In this document: one piece after another, positions 58,228 to 64,000 of the stretch
Layout of the letters: every line of letters starts with the position of its first letter
Numbering within the stretch: the first letter of the stretch is position 1
Sequence record: MK250029.1
Reading direction: 5' to 3' (one strand)
DNA length: 64,000 bases
The notes under the pieces: generated by a model
What the model was told of the DNA's origin: nothing
The model's input: the letters and a program-made list of their open reading frames with translations, nothing else
Database searches by the model: none
Program-made: the position numbers and the translations under genes

Positions 58228-58723
58228 ATCGTTTTAAATCGTTTAATTTTTATTTAGATGTTGTTTTCTTTTTCTATACAACATATTGGTTATGTTTTAT
58301 CTATTTAACAGTATATATAATACCTGTTGTTTTATCATATAATGTTGAATATTCATATACATTATTATCATCACCATCTTTAATAGGTGTTTTTATCCAT
58401 TTATTATATCCAGGTAATTTATCTGCTTTTGTTAATGAATCTAATTGTAAAATATCTAATGTGTCATTTTTCATTGTTTTTACTGATTTAATAGAAACAG
58501 AATATGTAGAATCATTTGATTTATTGTTTCCTGTATTCTATTTTAAATCACAAGAATTAAATGAAAAAGTAAGGCTTAATAAAGAGCCTAATAAAATATA
58601 CTTCAAACTTTTCATAATTATTTAAATATTATTAGTTAAAATATTTAATATATTTATTAGTTATAAATAGACAATATCAATGTTTATAACTATAATAAAT
58701 TAAGTAAAATTATATATTCATAT

Positions 58724-59230
58724 ATGGGAAGAAAAAAGAAAGACAATAATGAAGATGTTGAAAAAATAAAAACACCTAAAGCTATTGGTCCATATGATAT
58801 TATTTCTATGATGTGTACTAATTTTGAAGGATTCAATAAATTATCTGATACGATATTAGATAAAAATTTCTTTTTAATTAATAGAGTATTTAGTATTAAA
58901 TATCCTTTACAAGGTGCATTATTTAATAAGAATACAATTAATACAGCAGGTGTAATTAAATCATGGGCAATGTTTATATCAAGTAAAGAAGGATATGGAC
59001 GTGTGCCTTATTTTGTTTATACAAAAGGTGCAAAAAAATCTGCTAGCACATCATCAAAGACTGATAAAATAGATAAAGAATTAATTAAGGAATATTGTAA
59101 ACGTTATAAAATTAATCTCAAAGATTTTGAGACATTAAAATCTTTATATTATGATGAACTTATAGCAGATGTTAAACGATATGAAAAATTAATTTCAATT
59201 AAAGAGCAAGAAAAAAATATTTCAAAATAA
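58724..59230 (+). CDS. Possible clamp-loader small subunit (T4 gp62-like)
   Basis: NFFLINRVFS, FVYTKGAKK and ELIKEYCKRY echo the gp62 pattern; recognition only. Confidence 0.5.
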   Translation: MGRKKKDNNEDVEKIKTPKAIGPYDIISMMCTNFEGFNKLSDTILDKNFFLINRVFSIKYPLQGALFNKNTINTAGVIKSWAMFISSKEGYGRVPYFVYTKGAKKSASTSSKTDKIDKELIKEYCKRYKINLKDFETLKSLYYDELIADVKRYEKLISIKEQEKNISK

Positions 59231-59246
59231 ATCATAATAAACAAAA

Positions 59247-59876
59247 ATGATGAAGATATACCCAGAAAAATTAGTGAAGTCAATACAAACAATAATTGAC
59301 TCAGGTAAAGTAGAAATTTCTACATTCAATTCATATGATGAATTTATTCCAGAAATTAATTCATGTGAAATTCATATAAAGTTTACAAAGAATTCAAAAG
59401 GTGATCGTGAACCTATTATTATGGTTAATAATAGTGATATTACATCTCAATTCATCAATAGTTGGCGAACATCTGCTCCAGGTAAATTTATGTGTAAAGA
59501 TTATCGTAAAGATAAAAAAGATTTTATTGGTAATACTTTATATCATGTAGTTAAATTTACATTAGATGGTGTTAAGATGCAAATGATGGTAAGGCTTCTT
59601 ACTGAAATTACAGAAGATTGTACAGAATCTGATAGAAAAGAACTTATTAATGAATATGGTGATTTATCTATCAGTGGTAAGATCTTTTCTATTATTAAGA
59701 TAATGCCTGATGATGGTAGAAATGGATGGAATTGTTGGGATCGTTATAAATCACGTGATAATAATTACATTATTAATCTATATGAAACAAATTCAGCTTA
59801 TATTGATGAAGCAAACGATGACAATGACAATAATGAATGTGATGAAGATTCAAATGAATCTGAACCATTGTTTTAA
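59247..59876 (+). CDS. Hypothetical protein with an acidic tail
   Basis: Intact ORF, closely spaced in an operon. Confidence 0.8.
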   Translation: MMKIYPEKLVKSIQTIIDSGKVEISTFNSYDEFIPEINSCEIHIKFTKNSKGDREPIIMVNNSDITSQFINSWRTSAPGKFMCKDYRKDKKDFIGNTLYHVVKFTLDGVKMQMMVRLLTEITEDCTESDRKELINEYGDLSISGKIFSIIKIMPDDGRNGWNCWDRYKSRDNNYIINLYETNSAYIDEANDDNDNNECDEDSNESEPLF

Positions 59877-59878
59877 TA

Positions 59879-60934
59879 ATGATTAAGGATATAACACAAA
59901 TAGGAAATAAACCTGTTAGTTTTATAAAGGAATTTATTAATAATTGTACAATAGAAGAAAAAATAGATACTCATTATGTCATTGTTGAGATAACATCTAA
60001 ACAAACTATAACAATTAAAAAAGCAACAGGAAAAGTCGTTGATAGAGTTGACATGATACTTAATAATATGTGGAGTCAACTTGTAACTGATTGGAATTTT
60101 ATTAAACTTGCAAATCAAGATTTATTTAAAGAACATGTAGGTTATAATATATCAATGTTTTACTTCCCTAGTAATAAACCTTTATTAACAGAATATCCTA
60201 ATAATATTAAATATCTTATAGATAGAATTACATATAATGATGAAAATATTAATCCTGATTCATTTATTAATAAAATCAGATTAAAAGACAAGTTTAATAT
60301 ATCGATTAAACATAATTTAAAAAAATTATTAACTAATGATAATATAATAAATCTTATTAAAAATATTAATGGTGATACAAAACTTAATTATGATTATAAG
60401 AATTTATTTTATGAGTTAATAGATAAATCTGACATATTAGCAAAAGAGCCAGAAGGATATATATTTAAATGGAAAAAAAATCTTTATCAACTTATATTTA
60501 ATAACAGAGAACGTATAAATCCAGAGAAAACACAATATGAATATTTGTTATGTGATTTTGTTTCTTACTGTAAAAGTATAAAATATCAAGATAAGATTCA
60601 TCATAGTTATGTAAAAACAGTATGTGCATTATTTAATGATTATATAATAAATTGGGAAGAACAGAATCATAATATTGAAAATAATATAGATATAAATAGT
60701 ATTCAATCACCAACATTAGGAACATCATTTGATATGGGATATGAATATATACCTGATATTATAACAATGAATTTATGTAAATCTAATGAATTATATAAAA
60801 GTATATTTAAAGTATTATTAGCAAATCTCAGAAGAGGTAAAGATAATAGTAAATGTATATACATGAATAAGAAGCAAGTTGATGATTGGAATATTATAAT
60901 GAAAAATATTAAGGTAAGAACTTTAACAATTTAA
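59879..60934 (+). CDS. Hypothetical protein with RNA-ligase-like motifs
   Basis: IEEKIDTH (motif I-like KxD) and EPEGYIFK (motif IV-like EGxxxK). Confidence 0.4.
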   Translation: MIKDITQIGNKPVSFIKEFINNCTIEEKIDTHYVIVEITSKQTITIKKATGKVVDRVDMILNNMWSQLVTDWNFIKLANQDLFKEHVGYNISMFYFPSNKPLLTEYPNNIKYLIDRITYNDENINPDSFINKIRLKDKFNISIKHNLKKLLTNDNIINLIKNINGDTKLNYDYKNLFYELIDKSDILAKEPEGYIFKWKKNLYQLIFNNRERINPEKTQYEYLLCDFVSYCKSIKYQDKIHHSYVKTVCALFNDYIINWEEQNHNIENNIDINSIQSPTLGTSFDMGYEYIPDIITMNLCKSNELYKSIFKVLLANLRRGKDNSKCIYMNKKQVDDWNIIMKNIKVRTLTI

Positions 60935-60974
60935 GTATTTAATAAATATATAAAGTTAAATGTTAAATTAGGTT

Positions 60975-61241
60975 ATGACTAAAATTATTTATAATATTAC
61001 AAGTACACATGTAAATCCAGAAATTCCTGGTGACAATATATAGATATGTAATGAAAAACCAGTTAAAGTTGAGAAAATTCCTGGTTGGATGCATATAGAT
61101 CCTATTAATACATAGATAGATTTAGAATCAGTTGCATATCAATTATCTGATTATAAATTTACACCTGGATTTACTGTAACAGTGGATGATTTACTTCATC
61201 CTAAACCATTAGATTATGAAGCAACACCTAAATTTAAATAA
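60975..61241 (+). CDS. Small hypothetical protein (88 aa, TAG=Gln)
   Basis: ATG 60975 to TAA 61241 through two TAGs; terminator at about 61245-61285. Confidence 0.6.
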
Positions 61242-61283
61242 TAAGAAAAGAGGAATAACACCATTTGTTATTCCTCTTTATTT

Positions 61284-61565
61284 TTATAGTGACAAATTAA
61301 TATTCATTAAATCAAATAATTTATTTAATTGATCTGTTGTTTGAACTTCTACTGAAGCAACAGTTTCCATATCATCATTTTGAATAATACAATTCCAATC
61401 TCTACCAATCATATTGGTATGACCATTATTAATTGTTATTGTAAATGTATGATTAATAGGACCTACTGTTTTTGTGAAAACATCCATAGATTCAAAATCA
61501 CCAAATCCACTATCATAATCATATTCAAAATTATGAAAGATTAATAAATCTTTTGTTATATCCAT
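61284..61565 (-). CDS. Hypothetical protein
   Basis: Intact ORF in a minus-strand operon. Confidence 0.75.
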   Translation of the reverse strand: MDITKDLLIFHNFEYDYDSGFGDFESMDVFTKTVGPINHTFTITINNGHTNMIGRDWNCIIQNDDMETVASVEVQTTDQLNKLFDLMNINLSL

Positions 61566-61595
61566 TTTAAAATATATTTTTAATTAAATATCTTC

Positions 61596-62435
61596 TTAAT
61601 ATGTATCATCATCCTCATCATCATGACTTGTTAATTTATCATATGAATCCATAATAGCTTGTAATACTTTTTTCCCTTCTGTAATATATTGTTCATCATA
61701 ATGCCAGGATTGACCAGCATTTCTTGAATTACAAAAAGTTCCATTCAATAACGCTAATGTATTAATAAAAGAACACCACTCTATTGTAGCATCTGCAAAT
61801 ACATCCCAATTTACTACAGAATTATTATAAAATCCCATAGATCTTGGTAATGTAGATAACAAATTCCATGTATACATATTTGGCATATAATCATGATATT
61901 TGTCATCTTGTAAATCTGCTTCAATCTTAACACGATCATTTACATTATAATCAAATATATTATCATATGTACCTATTTTATGAAGAATTTCTTTCATTAT
62001 ATCAATGTCATATGTCATTGCTTTATATATTGAATACTTCTCATATATAACAGTATATTCATTCTGTTCAGTAGGTGCATATCGAGCTTTACTTATTGTA
62101 TCTAATTTTGTAAATAAATCTTTAACTGCATCTGGTTGTTCATCATATTTTTTATACTTATTCCAGTTATATAAAATAATTTCTGTAATTTTGATGAAAT
62201 CCATATTAAGTTTACCTTTAAGTATTCTTGTAGTTTCATCTTCATCGTAATCATCAAATACACCATAATCACCCATAGAACCTATAACAGGAATATGCAT
62301 AGGAATTAATGGACTTTCCAAATAACAAGGAATATTTGAAATATTCTTATTTTTCTTACAAATAATAGCTACAGTTGTTTCACCTCGTTTTATAGGAACT
62401 CGTGAAAAAAATCCGGATACACAAAAATCACCCAT
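61596..62435 (-). CDS. Hypothetical protein
   Basis: Intact 279-aa ORF. Confidence 0.8.
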   Translation of the reverse strand: MGDFCVSGFFSRVPIKRGETTVAIICKKNKNISNIPCYLESPLIPMHIPVIGSMGDYGVFDDYDEDETTRILKGKLNMDFIKITEIILYNWNKYKKYDEQPDAVKDLFTKLDTISKARYAPTEQNEYTVIYEKYSIYKAMTYDIDIMKEILHKIGTYDNIFDYNVNDRVKIEADLQDDKYHDYMPNMYTWNLLSTLPRSMGFYNNSVVNWDVFADATIEWCSFINTLALLNGTFCNSRNAGQSWHYDEQYITEGKKVLQAIMDSYDKLTSHDDEDDDTY

Positions 62436-62436
62436 T

Positions 62437-62931
62437 TTATCCTATGTTTTTAATATAATTATTTAAAATATCAATCCATTTTTCATTATCTGCAATATTA
62501 CAGATATATCGTATTGCGCCAGAAAAACAATTTTCCAATGTATTAAAAGATAAATAAGATTCGCCTTCATTAACATGTTTTTCCCATAGCTGGTTTGCAA
62601 CAGTGCTTACAGGAATAATAACATATGACCATTCCTTATTTTCTTTACTATATGTTGGTTGAATGATAAAACCCATATATTTTTCAAACCAATCAATAAC
62701 TTCAAAAACAGTAGGTGCTGGAATCCAATTTGCAGATGGATAAGTAATACCCCAATCAGAATTATGTGGTTCCAAATCTCCTGTATGCCATACACGTTCA
62801 GCAGTTGGGTTTTTAGGATCTCCTTTAACTGCTTTAATACCTACAGGTGTCTTTAAATATAAATCTTCAGTATATTCATCAAAACCTAAGTTATTAAGAA
62901 TTACTGATAAATTAAAATCAACATGTTTCAT
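62437..62931 (-). CDS. Hypothetical protein
   Basis: Intact 164-aa ORF. Confidence 0.8.
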   Translation of the reverse strand: MKHVDFNLSVILNNLGFDEYTEDLYLKTPVGIKAVKGDPKNPTAERVWHTGDLEPHNSDWGITYPSANWIPAPTVFEVIDWFEKYMGFIIQPTYSKENKEWSYVIIPVSTVANQLWEKHVNEGESYLSFNTLENCFSGAIRYICNIADNEKWIDILNNYIKNIG

Positions 62932-62936
62932 TATCT

Positions 62937-63365
62937 TTATAATTTAATATCATCTGAATTTAATAATGTATTTCTCTTATTATCAACAAGAATAAACCGT
63001 GCATTAATATATAACAGTTCATTCTTTAATTTTTGAACATCTTTTTTAGATGTATTTTCAAATATAATAAATTTATATGACGAAAAATATTCTAATAGTT
63101 CTTCAAAAATATTTCTTAATTGTAACATATCACCAAAACGTTCAAAATTATTATAATAACGTTCATGTGGAATCGGTTTATTATTACAAATATTTTCTAC
63201 CAATTCTATAATTTCATCACATTTTTCAAATAACCTTAATATATCATCTTTTTTATCATTATTATGATATTCTGGTTTCTTTGAATATAAATTCCACATA
63301 TGACTAAATATATAGCGATATATAGAAAATCTATTATTATAAAACGTTAAATCAATTCTTTCCAT
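62937..63365 (-). CDS. Hypothetical protein
   Basis: Intact ORF behind a minus-strand TATCTTTG box at 63384-63391. Confidence 0.75.
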   Translation of the reverse strand: MERIDLTFYNNRFSIYRYIFSHMWNLYSKKPEYHNNDKKDDILRLFEKCDEIIELVENICNNKPIPHERYYNNFERFGDMLQLRNIFEELLEYFSSYKFIIFENTSKKDVQKLKNELLYINARFILVDNKRNTLLNSDDIKL

Positions 63366-63416
63366 TTATATATTTTATTAATACAAAGATACACATTTAT
63401 TTTTAAATATAAAAAT

Positions 63417-63869
63417 TTAACGTGCACGCATTACTTCAAAATATTGTTCAATTAACTTATTAATTAAAAGTTCATATGTAAATCCATAAGGATTACCTGG
63501 TCCGAATACTTTCATATCTGTTGGTGATATAGCATATTGTAATTTCGTATCACCTTTTTTTACTTTATCAATATTATCTTTTGTTAGCAGAACATCACTT
63601 ATATAACTAAATAATCGTATAATATAAGATTTAAATACAGGAGATAAAAAAATCTTCGCATATAGATATGGTGTAGATGGTGAATTTAATTTATATACAT
63701 ACGTTTTGCCTGCCCAGTCATCATATGTAAATAACCATTGTAAAGGATATACATCTTCAAATTCTGGTAATATATCTATATTCGAAACTGATTTGGTTAC
63801 AATTTCTGGATCTAATTTTGGTTTATTATTATTTAATAATTTATTTAATAGTTTATCTAATATTTTCAT
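63417..63869 (-). CDS. Hypothetical protein
   Basis: Intact 150-aa ORF. Confidence 0.75.
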   Translation of the reverse strand: MKILDKLLNKLLNNNKPKLDPEIVTKSVSNIDILPEFEDVYPLQWLFTYDDWAGKTYVYKLNSPSTPYLYAKIFLSPVFKSYIIRLFSYISDVLLTKDNIDKVKKGDTKLQYAISPTDMKVFGPGNPYGFTYELLINKLIEQYFEVMRAR

Positions 63870-63873
63870 ATAA

Positions 63874-64000
63874 TTATTCTATAATTTTTAAATCATCTGG
63901 TATATAACAATCACTACCTAAATATTTGATATATTCTTTAACTGGTTTCTTTACTTTTTTCCAATATGGTAATTTATCATCTTTACTTTGATAATAGATA
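63874..64000 (-). CDS. 3' end of a gene entering from beyond the window
   Basis: Open frame ...LPYWKKVKKPVKEYIKYLGSDCYIPDDLKIIE ending at TAA 63874. Confidence 0.55.
   Translation of the reverse strand, partial: IYYQSKDDKLPYWKKVKKPVKEYIKYLGSDCYIPDDLKIIE

Noticed and set aside
4863-62856. Antisense or overlapping ORF-track entries (for example 4863-5051, 21261-21569, 28200-28666, 31027-31347, 35481-35678, 55673-56545)
   Set aside because: They are shadows on the opposite strand or an alternative frame of well-supported genes, with no recognisable motifs
1-64000. CRISPR array to go with the Cas12-like RuvC gene
   Set aside because: No run of constant repeats with unique spacers was seen; the repeats found are coding repeats or two-copy duplications

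Overview
A very AT-rich segment of a large myovirus-type (contractile tail) phage genome that reads TAG as a sense codon. The best fit is translation table 15 (TAG=Gln): fragments in the supplied ORF track join in frame across TAG into single genes, and TAG occupies motif positions such as the gp46 P-loop G-[TAG]-S-G-A-G-K-S. Bacteroidota-type TAnnTTTG promoter boxes, the recoding and the gene content point to a Lak-like megaphage of Prevotella or another Bacteroidales host (inference). In order, the window holds: the 5' part of clpX with an intein starting right after the Walker B DE; a TnpB-like RuvC gene broken by one TGA, with an orphan copy of its 3' RNA-scaffold region about 4.8 kb downstream; a gp5-like baseplate spike; nrdG; two small paralogous peptides; gp47/gp46 nuclease; primase; a 1268-aa tail sheath; two free-standing Zn-ribbon/PD-(D/E)XK endonucleases; HAD, PRS-like and GrpE genes; a tRNA cluster; a GH73-like muramidase; four tandem paralogous fibre-like genes (up to 2691 aa); an RNase H-like exonuclease; structural genes with a 1973-aa tape-measure-like protein; and small hypothetical genes. 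The most unusual part is the tRNA cluster. It contains a tRNA-Gly split at 37/38 by an insert that folds as an anticodon-less mini-tRNA, two T-armless tRNA-like elements (Lys-UUU and Pro-UGG-like) sharing an ACAGCAAATT motif, two oversized aberrant tRNAs and several unexplained structured spacers. All calls come from reading the sequence by eye; no searches were run.
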